A stretch of 44,133 nt of DNA from a virus (taxonomy: Duplodnaviria > Caudoviricetes): the IMG/VR virus record IMGVR_UViG_3300011338_000370, positions 1 to 44,133 of that record, one strand, 5' to 3'. The notes beneath the pieces are model-generated. The model made no database searches. It had not been told where the DNA came from and saw only the letters and a program-made list of their open reading frames with translations. Each line of letters opens with the position of its first letter. Positions within the stretch are counted from its first letter, which is position 1. Positions 25,425 through 35,681 of the stretch are shown in pieces. A program made the position numbers and the translations under genes.

Positions 25425-28400
25425 TTGCCGCCCCAGTAGTCGCTGTAGGTGTTGCTCAAGCCTTCGGCCTTGCGTTCGTATGCCTGCGCCTGCTCGATCA
25501 GCAAACGCAGGTTGATCTTCTGGGTGTCAGATAGATGGTCTGTCCCTTGCTCATAAGGGTAAGTCATCTCAATGGTAGACCTTGCCATCTTCGCAGCCTT
25601 GACGAGCGTGTCGTGCTCCACCTTTGCTTGCGGAGCCTTGCGCTCTTTCTCTGGCATGTTCCACCTTCCCTCGTATTTGGACTTGAGCGACTTTGCTTTG
25701 GCTTCCGCTCGCTGCGCGTGCTCAACCAGCCACGCGTGGTGCTGGCTTTCCAGCTGCGTCATGTTCGCCAATCGATCGATGGGGTAGTAGGACAAGGCAA
25801 TGTCTCGCCACACGCGCGCGGACTGAAGCAACTCGTCGTGCATGGTGCGAGCGACTGTTGCCCTGTAGGTTCCGTTGCGTGCGCTAGAACGCAGCATCTG
25901 CGTGCGCATCTGTCGCCACTGCGGGTCGTTCGGGTCTTGCGTCCACGAAGGCGTCTCGACATTTCCGCTAGGCATCTGGCCTTCCGCAGTCGCAGCAAGC
26001 CGCTGCGCAACAAACACCGTTTCGGTGGCATCCAGCACACCCAGCTTGTTGATCATCTGAATGTTGTCGATCGCTGTAGCTTCCAGATTCTCTTGCAGGT
26101 TCTTGCTCTGATTCACAGTTCGAGCAGCGTAAGCAAGCAACTCCGCAGACCTCTGCTCTTTCTGCTTGAGTAGCGCAGCCTGCTGCCGGTCCGACAAGTA
26201 TTGCTCGTCACCAGTCGGTTCCAGAAGTTGCTGCGCCATCATCACCGCTTGCATGGCGCGCTGTTGCATGCCGCTCGCCATTTGGATCGTCGCGTCGTAG
26301 ACCTTGGTTCGCTCGACGTTTGCTCGCTGGATGTCGGTTAGGTGTGCGTCCGATACGTCAGGAGACAACTGCGACATCAAATCCGAGTAGCTCTTTTGCG
26401 CCACCGACAACTGCTTCTGTGCCTCCGCGTAGCCTTCAGTTGGGTTCATCGGATTGACGTCGCGCATGGCATCTCGCTGCGCCGCGATGTCCGTCTCTAG
26501 CCGCTGCTTCGTTTCAAGGAACGGCTGCAACCCAACGTCTTGAATGCCAATAGGTGGCATGTCTCGAATCAACCTCTCGGGCAACGGCATGTTGGCGTCG
26601 TTGCGCCGATACAGTTCTTCAATGCTTTTGGGCCGACCGATGTTCGCCCACATCTGCGCAAGATCTTTGACCGACGTGTAGTCGGAGTAGCCTTGCTCTT
26701 GCAGCAAAGCGGCGATGAGCCGGTTGTCCTTGGGAAGGTCGACTAGCTTGACGTTCTCTCCGTTATCGAGAGCGACTTGCAGATTCGAGACAGCGGTCAA
26801 GCGATCGATGTCTTCCATCTCGAACAGCTTGTCCATGGAGTCAAACGTCACCTGAGCTTCAGCGTCGATGTCGACCAGCTGGAAGTCTTCGATGATGTTC
26901 TGCACCATCTCGTCGCGCTCTTGACGAGTCATCCTAGGCTTGTTGCTTTGCGCTCGCGCCGCGTCGGCTTCGGTGACGCGTTCGTCGATCAGTGCCGACA
27001 ACCTCTGCTGCGACAACAGCAACTGCCCATACTTTTCCTTGGCCTCTCCGTTGCGATCGGAAGCGGTCTTGCCTGTCTCCCACGCTGCTTTGTCGTTTGG
27101 TCGTGCCTTCAGCCACTTCAGCCATGCGTGCTCGTGCTCCGACAACTCCGGCTTGTAGTCGCTCGTTCCGCGAGCTTCCTGCGCCTTGCGGATCTCGCTC
27201 TTCCAATACGCCATCTGCTCTTGGTTGAGCACCTTGTGCCAGTTGACGCCAAACTCAGCAAGATCCTGGTCAGCCAGCTTTCCATCAGACCGCATGCGCT
27301 CCAAGACTGCGACCGCTTGAGGGCTGTAGGCCCACCCGGGTAGCTTGGCTTGTTGCTCCAGCGTCTCTAGCTGCGTGAAGCCGCCATTCGATTCGATGCG
27401 TCCAGCGAGGTCTGGAGCCATCCTGCGGAATGACACGACGTCTGGTTGTGCTCCGGCATCTCGCTGCTGTCGAAACCACATGCGGGCCGAGTCCAAGTCT
27501 GCGGCAAGCTGCTCCGTCTTGATTCCCTTCTCCGCAGTCTGCTGGGCAAGGATGGTCTTGCGGATCTCGTCGACGTCTTCGACGCGCACTTCGTTGGATT
27601 GGACACGTCCTGGCAAACTCGCGATCAGCTGGTCTCCGCTCAAACCCTGGCGACCTTGCCACAGCGACATGCCGATAGCAGTCGCGCGCGCTCCGTCGTC
27701 TGCCGACCGAGCCTGTGTGCGCGTAGCACCATAGGTCCGAGCGTCCAGTTCGCCTTCGTCAAGGAACTTTGCGGCATACCTCTGGGCCTGCGCTGGGTCA
27801 TCACTCTTCAGAATGTTGACCACTGTCGCTTTGTGCATCGCCTCCATGTTCTTGGCGAGCATGCTTTGGAACGCAGGCGAATCCGTCGCGATGCCTTCCA
27901 GCTTGGCAAGCGCAACCGTTTCGTTGACGATCTGCGCGCGCGAATCCCTGTAGAAGTTGGGACCGTAGGTTGGATCGGTTTCGTTTTCCCAGCCTTGCCA
28001 GTTCTGAGAAGCCATCTGTGAGAACCGGTCGAGGCGCGCAGTTGCTTGGAGCTTGGCGTTGGCGCGCATCTCCTTGCCAGCATGCAGTTCCCACTTGCCG
28101 ACGAAGTGGTCGCGCAGCTTGACCAACTCTGGCTGCAACAACTTTTGCTGCATCGGAGACTTCGCTTGCTTGGCGATCTCCTCCAACGACTTGTCAAGCT
28201 GCTTGAGAGCAGGCTCGTAGGCATCGACCGCCACGCTTCCAGCAGTCCACAGGTAGCCGTTGTCCTTGTCGTCGCTCATCCGCTTGGCGACGTTCCATGC
28301 CTGCTCTTCCAGGGCCTTGGCAGCGGACTCGTCTTGGACGTCCTGCAACTCTTGCTGTTGCTGCTGCAACGCCAACTGCTGCTGCTGCTTGATGCGCTCC

Positions 28401-28573
28401 TGTCGCTTCAACTCAGTATCCATCCGCTGGATTCCTGTGCCGAAGTTCTGCAACGCTTCGCCATATTGCTCGATCTGCTGCGGAGCGTAGTTGGGGACTT
28501 GAGAGACAGTAGGTGCCTGGAACAGGTTGGCACCACCGATGTCCTGCGAAGCAAAGTTAGGGACGCGTGGCAT
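25421..28573 (-). CDS. Internal virion/ejection protein, 1050 aa
   Basis: MPRVP start, helical Q/A-rich composition, position equivalent to T7 gp15. Confidence 0.75.
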   Translation of the reverse strand: MPRVPNFASQDIGGANLFQAPTVSQVPNYAPQQIEQYGEALQNFGTGIQRMDTELKRQERIKQQQQLALQQQQQELQDVQDESAAKALEEQAWNVAKRMSDDKDNGYLWTAGSVAVDAYEPALKQLDKSLEEIAKQAKSPMQQKLLQPELVKLRDHFVGKWELHAGKEMRANAKLQATARLDRFSQMASQNWQGWENETDPTYGPNFYRDSRAQIVNETVALAKLEGIATDSPAFQSMLAKNMEAMHKATVVNILKSDDPAQAQRYAAKFLDEGELDARTYGATRTQARSADDGARATAIGMSLWQGRQGLSGDQLIASLPGRVQSNEVRVEDVDEIRKTILAQQTAEKGIKTEQLAADLDSARMWFRQQRDAGAQPDVVSFRRMAPDLAGRIESNGGFTQLETLEQQAKLPGWAYSPQAVAVLERMRSDGKLADQDLAEFGVNWHKVLNQEQMAYWKSEIRKAQEARGTSDYKPELSEHEHAWLKWLKARPNDKAAWETGKTASDRNGEAKEKYGQLLLSQQRLSALIDERVTEADAARAQSNKPRMTRQERDEMVQNIIEDFQLVDIDAEAQVTFDSMDKLFEMEDIDRLTAVSNLQVALDNGENVKLVDLPKDNRLIAALLQEQGYSDYTSVKDLAQMWANIGRPKSIEELYRRNDANMPLPERLIRDMPPIGIQDVGLQPFLETKQRLETDIAAQRDAMRDVNPMNPTEGYAEAQKQLSVAQKSYSDLMSQLSPDVSDAHLTDIQRANVERTKVYDATIQMASGMQQRAMQAVMMAQQLLEPTGDEQYLSDRQQAALLKQKEQRSAELLAYAARTVNQSKNLQENLEATAIDNIQMINKLGVLDATETVFVAQRLAATAEGQMPSGNVETPSWTQDPNDPQWRQMRTQMLRSSARNGTYRATVARTMHDELLQSARVWRDIALSYYPIDRLANMTQLESQHHAWLVEHAQRAEAKAKSLKSKYEGRWNMPEKERKAPQAKVEHDTLVKAAKMARSTIEMTYPYEQGTDHLSDTQKINLRLLIEQAQAYERKAEGLSNTYSDYWGGK

Positions 28574-29202
28574 CAGACAGACCCTCCTGCACGCAGCGAG
28601 CGTCCACTTCGACCCATACCTGGGGTCGCCATGGACGCTTCAGAAGACATCTCGGGCCGTTGCGTATACGCCCAGTTGGCCGCCATCTGGCCTGCGCTTC
28701 CAAGAAGCGACGCCATCAGTGCCTGCCCTGGCATGATCGCTTTGCCAGCCATCCGCAACGCCGAAGCCTGCACACCAGCCATGAGCCCTTGGTTCTGGAT
28801 GTCGACGCGCTGCGTCATCATCGATTCGCGCTGGCGCACAGCCTGCGCGTTCATCGACATAGCCGTCAACTGCTTGTCGTATTCCAGACTAGCCATCACC
28901 TCGGCTGCGCTACCTACGCCACCTTGGAGTCCGCGCGCTGCCATGGACGCCTGAGCTTGCTGTTTGGTTCGGCCCATCTGTGCCGTAGCTTGACCAATCG
29001 CTTTCTGCGCTTGCTGGAACGTCTCGATGGCTTCGCGCGCCACGATCCGTTGGTTCAGCTGCGACATGCGCTGCTGGTATTCCAGCGACGAAGCCTGAGC
29101 CTTCATGGACAGCTTCTGCGATCTTGCACCATAGAAGGCACCAATCGCTTGGTTCACGGCACCAACGCCCTGAATGATCATTGCAGCTGCTTGTGCGCTC
29201 AT
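28573..29202 (-). CDS. Internal virion/ejection protein (gp14-like), 209 aa
   Basis: Ala/Gln/Gly-rich with Q.ASMAARG...G.GSA, directly after tail tubular B. Confidence 0.75.
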   Translation of the reverse strand: MSAQAAAMIIQGVGAVNQAIGAFYGARSQKLSMKAQASSLEYQQRMSQLNQRIVAREAIETFQQAQKAIGQATAQMGRTKQQAQASMAARGLQGGVGSAAEVMASLEYDKQLTAMSMNAQAVRQRESMMTQRVDIQNQGLMAGVQASALRMAGKAIMPGQALMASLLGSAGQMAANWAYTQRPEMSSEASMATPGMGRSGRSLRAGGSV

Positions 29203-29203
29203 C

Positions 29204-32200
29204 TCATCCTCCGATGCTTGTTTCGATAGTCATGCCCAACACCGTCAAAGGTAGGGCGGTTTGCTGCGTGACGTAGATCTGCCCTGTGCGTTGCCACGTT
29301 GGTGACACCAGCATTTGCACCTCTTCGGTGCGCAGGTCCGTCTTGTTGTGTTGGTCGATGACGTGCGACTCGGTATCGCTTGGTCCGATGCGAACGCCAG
29401 CACTCCGGTAGAGCTTGACCCAGGTGTTGCAGACGTTCTTAGTTCTGCCCTGTCCGGCTCCGTCGATCTGCATCATCACCGGCAACGTGACCAGCTTGCT
29501 GGTGTAGCCAAGACCGATGCATCCGCGAACCAACCGCTCGGCCGTGGTGACGACACCGCCAGAAGACGCTGTAGCTCCGGCCTGGACCTTGCCGTCTCCA
29601 AAGACCTGGACAGCCGTGCTCGGCAAATGCGCGACCGTAAACGAGCTTCTGGCCCACGACCAATCGGCGCGTGCAGTAGCCTGCAACGAGGCAGCAAAAG
29701 CGGAGATCAGCGTCCCAGTTACCGTAGTCGTGTTGGTGTAGGTGGTGATTAGCACGCCGTAGTTGGAACCGTTGATCGTGAACCGGATCTCGCTTCCAAC
29801 GTCTCCAGCAACAAAGGTTGCAGCCGATGCTGTGACGGTGACAGTTGCTCCGGCTGCGTAGCCTGATCCGCCCGTCACGGTAACGGTCGTCGCGGTAGTG
29901 TTGCGCCCGTCGAACGCCAAGAACGCATCCAAGAACCGGCAGTCTTCGATCGCCTGGAACTCCAGCGTCGACATTCGCTCTACAAACCTGCGCGTGTTCC
30001 CGTTGATCGTGCGCTTGGTCACAACGTAGACGCGATCTTCTTCGCCTTCTGGGATCGAGCACACAGACTCAAACGTCCCGGTCGTGTCGTGCTGGTGCCA
30101 TGCCCCTACTTGCTCCTCGGGAACGTAGGTCAAGCCAAGCAGCTTGCCAGAGGTGCTGACAAACCACGCAACTGGATAGGGTGCCTTCCCGTAAGATAGG
30201 TCAACAAGGTCGTAGCTATCGAATAGATGCGTTGCGCGCAGGCTCATGTCGCCAGTGCGGAACCCATTCGCGTTGGCGTCGTAGCCTAGTTCGCGCACAT
30301 GCCCGCCACGCTCGGCGCAAAACAGAACAGTCGCGTTGATGATCGCAGGCTGAACGTTGTTGGCACCGACGTAGCTTTGTGGGCGAACACTGATCGACGT
30401 TGGAGGCATCGCGTCAGTGTTGACCGACGTGACGAGCCACTCGCTGCTGTTGGTCAGCATCACAAGATTGCCCATCGGCAACCGGTGACGCACTCGGTTG
30501 CGTTCGCGTGCTGCAACGCGGAACTTGATGCGGTCGGTGTCTTGGCTTGGGAACGTGTAGGCCAGATCAGACTCCGTCGCGCTGCGCGTCATGTAGATCG
30601 TCTGCGGCTCGGAGTTGCTGCCAGAGAAGCAGCGGCGTTGCTCGAAGTAAGCTACTGCACCTGGGTATACGTCGGCAGCTGCAAGATCTCCGGCATCTCG
30701 CAGCGGCGGAGTTTGCCCCATGTCGGGGGCGATGTTGTCGTCCACCAACATGTTTGCCTTGCGATACAAGCAAGGGAGCAAAGTCGTTGGTGGGTTGTTC
30801 ACCGAGTTGACGATCTTCGCACCGCCAACGGTAGCCTTGATGTAGAAGCCGTTCGCATCGAGCCGCTCTACATAATAGATCGCCGTTGCAGTGACCGTTG
30901 TCGGGAACTGCCCTGCTGCCGACAAGCCAGGGACTGGATACACCCTGACCATGTCGTTCGTCTGCAAGCCATGGTTGTTCTTCGCGATCAACAGATCGGT
31001 AACGCCAACAGAAACGTTGGAGAACGAAGCGTTGACTTCTTGAGTCGAGGAATCCTCCACCTGCCCGATGTATCCGAACAGCCCGTTCTGCTTCTTGTAG
31101 ACGTTGTAGCGAAGTGCGCCAGCAACCGACGTCCAACCGATGGCGTTTGATGCGCCAGCGATGACAAGGATGTTGTTGATGGTAACGGTCGTTCCGACTT
31201 CGGACTCCACACCGCTCGCGTCTATCGACGTGATCGCGTATGTGTTTGTGAGCTCGGTAACCTGATCCGAGTATTGCGCCAGTGCTGCCGAAAACGTCTG
31301 CGCTGACGTAGCTACAATCTTTACTCCGGTAGAGTAATATGTCAGAGCAAGATGCAGAGGAAAGCTCGTGTTGATCTCGTGAACTGTATAAAACCCGTCT
31401 GGGACACCGCATGCCGACGTTCCGGTCAAATAAACGGGATCTCCTGGCGAGAAGTTGTGCGCTGTAACGCACTCAAAATATGTGTTGGTGTTTGCAATCT
31501 TGTCAACCTTGACGGCTTGTCCTGGTGTCGATTGCCCTGCGACAACGGATGGGGCTAGGACAGTTGCTGCAAAGCTGACGTCCGCAAGCACATAGCGGTT
31601 CGCTGCGTATCGCCGAAGCTCACGCGCAGGATGGCTCGGATGCACTAGCGTTAGCACATCGTTGCTTTGCGTGTAGTGCAGATCGAACAACTGGTCTGCG
31701 GTATAGGTAGTCGGGATCTCGTATGCATCGGATGCTACGGGAGTCCATCGTGCAGGCTCAGACGCTGGGGCTGTCGACTGTGCTGCATGCTCTTGGATGC
31801 AGTAGTAGTAGACGCCCGACGACACCGCGATGTCTCCCACGCGGTATACGCGCGCCATGCGCATGTTCAGCCACGATGACAACGTGTTGTTGACGTTGAG
31901 CAACAGGTTGCCTGTTGGAGTCAACGACAGGTTGAAGCCCGATGCTGTGCGGTTCCGAACGTAGTAGATCGTGTCGACCTTCAGGTAGTCGTCTGCGCCG
32001 CCAGAGACGTAGCGAACTTTGGGAAGCGTAGTGATCGTGGGCAGCGGATCGCCACCGCCCCAAGTAAACCCGTAGTTCGAGTATGGAAGAACAACCGGCT
32101 CTCCGTCCGTCAGCGTGTTGCCAGACCAGTTGAAGAACAGCGGCTGGTTGATCGTGTTGCCCGTATACCAAAGCGTCGCCGGAACCGACAAGCGGCTTTG

Positions 32201-32509
32201 CCACGTCGTGCTTCCTGGGCTAACTGGTGTCCCGTTGCTGTGGAACCGGACGTAGCCGACACCCATCTCGATGACGAGGCTGTCGTCCACCGATGCCGAA
32301 AACGGGATTAGTCGCGCCACACCGTTGTTCTTGGTGTTGGCGACGTATTGCATGCCTGGACGCCGAGCCACAGGTCCATGCGGTAAAGCGATCATGTTGC
32401 GCAGTTCGGCTGCGCCCGCTTGGTAGCGCGCGTCATCGATGCGCCCGAACATGTCGGGAGCGATCTCTCCACCGTTGAACGATCGGTTGTAGATGCGCGT
32501 GTTGGGCAT
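29204..32509 (-). CDS. Tail tubular protein B / nozzle, 1101 aa, with inserted domains
   Basis: SFNGGEIAP.M.GR.D, N.I..PHG...RRPG, YP.AV.YFEQR, EQV.AWHQH and PLT(V)L motifs. Start re-called to 32509. Confidence 0.9.
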   Translation of the reverse strand: MPNTRIYNRSFNGGEIAPDMFGRIDDARYQAGAAELRNMIALPHGPVARRPGMQYVANTKNNGVARLIPFSASVDDSLVIEMGVGYVRFHSNGTPVSPGSTTWQSRLSVPATLWYTGNTINQPLFFNWSGNTLTDGEPVVLPYSNYGFTWGGGDPLPTITTLPKVRYVSGGADDYLKVDTIYYVRNRTASGFNLSLTPTGNLLLNVNNTLSSWLNMRMARVYRVGDIAVSSGVYYYCIQEHAAQSTAPASEPARWTPVASDAYEIPTTYTADQLFDLHYTQSNDVLTLVHPSHPARELRRYAANRYVLADVSFAATVLAPSVVAGQSTPGQAVKVDKIANTNTYFECVTAHNFSPGDPVYLTGTSACGVPDGFYTVHEINTSFPLHLALTYYSTGVKIVATSAQTFSAALAQYSDQVTELTNTYAITSIDASGVESEVGTTVTINNILVIAGASNAIGWTSVAGALRYNVYKKQNGLFGYIGQVEDSSTQEVNASFSNVSVGVTDLLIAKNNHGLQTNDMVRVYPVPGLSAAGQFPTTVTATAIYYVERLDANGFYIKATVGGAKIVNSVNNPPTTLLPCLYRKANMLVDDNIAPDMGQTPPLRDAGDLAAADVYPGAVAYFEQRRCFSGSNSEPQTIYMTRSATESDLAYTFPSQDTDRIKFRVAARERNRVRHRLPMGNLVMLTNSSEWLVTSVNTDAMPPTSISVRPQSYVGANNVQPAIINATVLFCAERGGHVRELGYDANANGFRTGDMSLRATHLFDSYDLVDLSYGKAPYPVAWFVSTSGKLLGLTYVPEEQVGAWHQHDTTGTFESVCSIPEGEEDRVYVVTKRTINGNTRRFVERMSTLEFQAIEDCRFLDAFLAFDGRNTTATTVTVTGGSGYAAGATVTVTASAATFVAGDVGSEIRFTINGSNYGVLITTYTNTTTVTGTLISAFAASLQATARADWSWARSSFTVAHLPSTAVQVFGDGKVQAGATASSGGVVTTAERLVRGCIGLGYTSKLVTLPVMMQIDGAGQGRTKNVCNTWVKLYRSAGVRIGPSDTESHVIDQHNKTDLRTEEVQMLVSPTWQRTGQIYVTQQTALPLTVLGMTIETSIGG

Positions 32510-32511
32510 GT

Positions 32512-33531
32512 TCAGCGGGCCGTGATCCAAGAAGCCTGATGCTCAGGGTGCACACGTCGCACCGACGAATCCGACGACGTTGCCTTCGCGGCATACATCG
32601 ACGACATCTGGATGCACCGCTTGCTCTCGTTCGCGCCAGCGTCACCCTTGAGGATCGCGCCCGCGAGCATGCTGGCAAGGTGCCATGCCACCGCCATCTG
32701 AAACAGCGGCGGGAACAGGTGCGTCTCGACAGAGTATTCCGTGTAGATCAACACAGCCTCCTCGCAATCGGTGTATAGGCGAGGCACGCCAAGAGAGTCC
32801 AGCTGCACCGAAAAGTCCTGCGATTGCAGGTAGTCGTCCATGCTGTTCGCTGGCAGGACCGCTACAGCCTTGAGGAAGTGGCGCGGGAGTTCGTAGAAAT
32901 ACTCCCACTCCGCGCAGTCGCAGTGCGTCCCCCACTCATGGGTATGCGTGGAATGCTCTTCGATGTGGTCAACGTCAACTAGCGTCAGTTCCGTGCGACG
33001 CGTCGCAAATGCCCAGTTGTGCATCTCCAACGTCGACCGCAACGCCATCGGATAAAACTTGCTGCACAGTTCGGCCTGAACGCTCGCATCGGGCGGGTTG
33101 ATGCTGGTAATCCTGGCTTGGTCGCCGATGAAGCTCAGGGCCATGTTGCAGATGTCGATGTCCGACACCTTGTTCGTCTCGCAGCTGTCGACGAACAGCC
33201 ATCGACCTTCCGCTAGCACAAGGTTTCGACCAATCGTGTCAATGGCATGCAATGTGTAGTAGTAGCGTCCGAGATCGGTTGCCGACTGCACGCTGTCGAG
33301 TTCAAACTCCACGACCCCAGCAGGTCCGTTCGTGACCGTTCCTGTCAGCTGAAACTCCTGCGTTGTGAGATCTGGCGGATTCTCAAGCTGATCGACATCA
33401 AGCGAGAACGTGTAGCCCGTCACATCCAGTGGCTCCTTGTTGTCGCCACGAATGGTAATCGTCCATGGGTTCTCGTCGCCTTGATGGATGAAAATGTCGA
33501 AGTTGGCCGGACAGATGCTCAGGACAGGCAT
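32512..33531 (-). CDS. Tail tubular protein A / adaptor fused to an N-terminal BppU/Ig-like domain
   Basis: From about residue 122: DICNMAL..IG...I.S...A.LC..FY...L..HNW.FA. Residues 1-120 carry an I.QGD...DVTGY...G.V.F...YYY beta-sandwich pattern. Confidence 0.85.
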   Translation of the reverse strand: MPVLSICPANFDIFIHQGDENPWTITIRGDNKEPLDVTGYTFSLDVDQLENPPDLTTQEFQLTGTVTNGPAGVVEFELDSVQSATDLGRYYYTLHAIDTIGRNLVLAEGRWLFVDSCETNKVSDIDICNMALSFIGDQARITSINPPDASVQAELCSKFYPMALRSTLEMHNWAFATRRTELTLVDVDHIEEHSTHTHEWGTHCDCAEWEYFYELPRHFLKAVAVLPANSMDDYLQSQDFSVQLDSLGVPRLYTDCEEAVLIYTEYSVETHLFPPLFQMAVAWHLASMLAGAILKGDAGANESKRCIQMSSMYAAKATSSDSSVRRVHPEHQASWITAR

Positions 33532-33533
33532 GG

Positions 33534-35621
33534 TTAGATCCTCACCCAGATGGCTTCAGAGGGAACGCCAAGATCGTCCAAGACGAACAACATGTAGTAT
33601 CCGTCAGGCAACGCGCTATCGCTTGCTGGCAACTGGAACGTCATCGACGTCGAACTGACCAACGTCTGCGTCACTGGCTTGTAGTAGCGTTGGCAAAAGT
33701 CGATGTGGTGCGTGACCGAGCTCGGAGCCATCAGCACGCAGTGCGCAATGCTGCGGTATTGGGTCAACGCGTCACACGTCAGCGTGTAGGTCGTTGCGCG
33801 CGAGACGACGTAGGTGTCGTCTGCATCCTGCGTCGCGCCTCCACCAGACAGGACCACGTTTTGAGGACGCCGGAACACAACGTGCGGATCGGGGTTTGGA
33901 CGCAGGTAGCGCGGCGACCACATCTCGTAGTCGTAGCCAGGATGATCCGATGCACTCGGGTTGTGAACGTGCGAAGGATGAGCATTAGTGACCGTCTGCG
34001 TTGAGGCATCTCCGCCTCCAACAAAGATCTGCCCGTTCGGCATCAAAACGGCGGTGCTATGGTAGTCGTGAAAAGCCTCTGCCGGAGACCACGACAACAG
34101 TTCCCACGCACTTCCCCATCCAGATCCGTCGTGCCGCAGCAACTCCGTCTTGGTGTGGTATTGGCCGTTGAACGTCGGGGGAACAGCCCCGTTGTCTGTT
34201 TCCTTTTCTGCGCCACCGAACAAATAGAGATCGGCATCGGGCGTGATGACCATATTTGCTTCGGTGCGCGCCAGATTCATCGAAGGCATAGACACCCACT
34301 GCGCAGCAGCTGTGGTTGCACTGATGATCTCGACCGTGCCGGTAGTCGCCGACAAAAGCGGTGTAGCTGTCTCGCCACGAAAGTGGTAACCACCAGCGCG
34401 GATTACCCGATCAGCAACTCCATCGTAGTTTGGAGCGATAACCGACATTGCATAGACACGCTCTAGGTTGAGCAGCCCAGCTTGCGACGTGGCTCCAATA
34501 GTGTTTGTCCACACGCCAGGGTTGGTGCCGTGGTTCGTCAACGTTGCCGACTTCCAGGCCATCCCCGACATGAACATGCCACCGTTCGATAGCAAGTGCA
34601 TGTGTGGGTAGAAGAATAGCCAGTCGTCTAGGTAAGCAGGCACTCCTGCTCCTGGTGTGCCTGGGCCTGCAAACACCTTGGGGATTGTTGGACCACGCAG
34701 GTCAAACGTTAGACCGCTAGTGTTGATCGTTGGCGAAGCGGTAACGGCAACAGCTTCGTAGTTGTTCCATGCAGGGTTGCCCGATGGTTGGTCACTCTGC
34801 ATGTTGTTCTGTCCGCCAAAGATCAACACCCCGCATCGGGCTCCGTTCCATGGTGAGCTTGCGGCAGTAGCAAACTTCTGCGTCAACTTAGGTGTCGGAT
34901 ACCACCGCTTGAAATGCATGTCCTCCGCACGGACCCAGGCACCTACGTCGAAGTAGTGCTTGTGAGACGTCGTGTTCCAAGAATGCGTGTAGTTCGTCCC
35001 CGTGTTGTTGCGGTAGTAGATCGACCCATCAAGATCGGGGTTCCACATCCACAATCCTTGGTAGGCACCAAACAGAAAGTTGTCGCGTTCGTATTCGTTG
35101 CCACCTGCGATAAGAAGATCGCCGTTGTCTGTCCAGCAGTGACCAGCACAGAACAAAGACGGATACCATTCAGTGGCTCCATCGATTCGCACAGGACCGA
35201 TTGGCAACAGGTAGTTTCGGCTGCGGATGGCTGCGTTTGGATCGGTATCGAGGATGACCAACGCTTGCCACGACCACCATGCTTTCCCGTCAACGTCTGG
35301 CGTGCGCGCGATGACCGGCAACGTGTTCCACAGCAACAGCCGACCCTTGTTCCTTCCCTTTGGGATCAGCGAACAGTGAGTCGCCTTGAAACGTGTGGGG
35401 AATCCCCATGTTGCCGTGATGGCATACGCACCTGACCCAATAGTCCCTGTCCAAAACTCGATCCCCGGCCAAGCAACAGTCGGATCGGTTTCTTGCGGAT
35501 CGTTGTTCCAGCCCTCGGAAAAGTAACCAACTCGCGATGGGTTGGCCGACATGTCCAGGCTGTCGTAGTTCGTGAAGAAGTTTCCGTTCCGATCCGGCTG
35601 GATGATGTCGATGTTCGACAT
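33534..35621 (-). CDS. AA5 copper radical oxidase (galactose oxidase/GlxA-like; kelch propeller plus C-terminal Ig/DUF1929-like domain)
   Basis: LFCAGH (C158), RWYPT (Y241), YP.MHLL, YHS.AVL.P.G....GG (Y520, H521), E..SP.YL, VTH...QR (H638) and P.GYYMLFV....VPS. Confidence 0.92.
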   Translation of the reverse strand: MSNIDIIQPDRNGNFFTNYDSLDMSANPSRVGYFSEGWNNDPQETDPTVAWPGIEFWTGTIGSGAYAITATWGFPTRFKATHCSLIPKGRNKGRLLLWNTLPVIARTPDVDGKAWWSWQALVILDTDPNAAIRSRNYLLPIGPVRIDGATEWYPSLFCAGHCWTDNGDLLIAGGNEYERDNFLFGAYQGLWMWNPDLDGSIYYRNNTGTNYTHSWNTTSHKHYFDVGAWVRAEDMHFKRWYPTPKLTQKFATAASSPWNGARCGVLIFGGQNNMQSDQPSGNPAWNNYEAVAVTASPTINTSGLTFDLRGPTIPKVFAGPGTPGAGVPAYLDDWLFFYPHMHLLSNGGMFMSGMAWKSATLTNHGTNPGVWTNTIGATSQAGLLNLERVYAMSVIAPNYDGVADRVIRAGGYHFRGETATPLLSATTGTVEIISATTAAAQWVSMPSMNLARTEANMVITPDADLYLFGGAEKETDNGAVPPTFNGQYHTKTELLRHDGSGWGSAWELLSWSPAEAFHDYHSTAVLMPNGQIFVGGGDASTQTVTNAHPSHVHNPSASDHPGYDYEMWSPRYLRPNPDPHVVFRRPQNVVLSGGGATQDADDTYVVSRATTYTLTCDALTQYRSIAHCVLMAPSSVTHHIDFCQRYYKPVTQTLVSSTSMTFQLPASDSALPDGYYMLFVLDDLGVPSEAIWVRI

Positions 35622-35681
35622 AGGTCGTGCTCGCGCAGGTGCTGGTGGTGCTGCCGCGCGCCGCGAGCGACGCGGCGGCGG

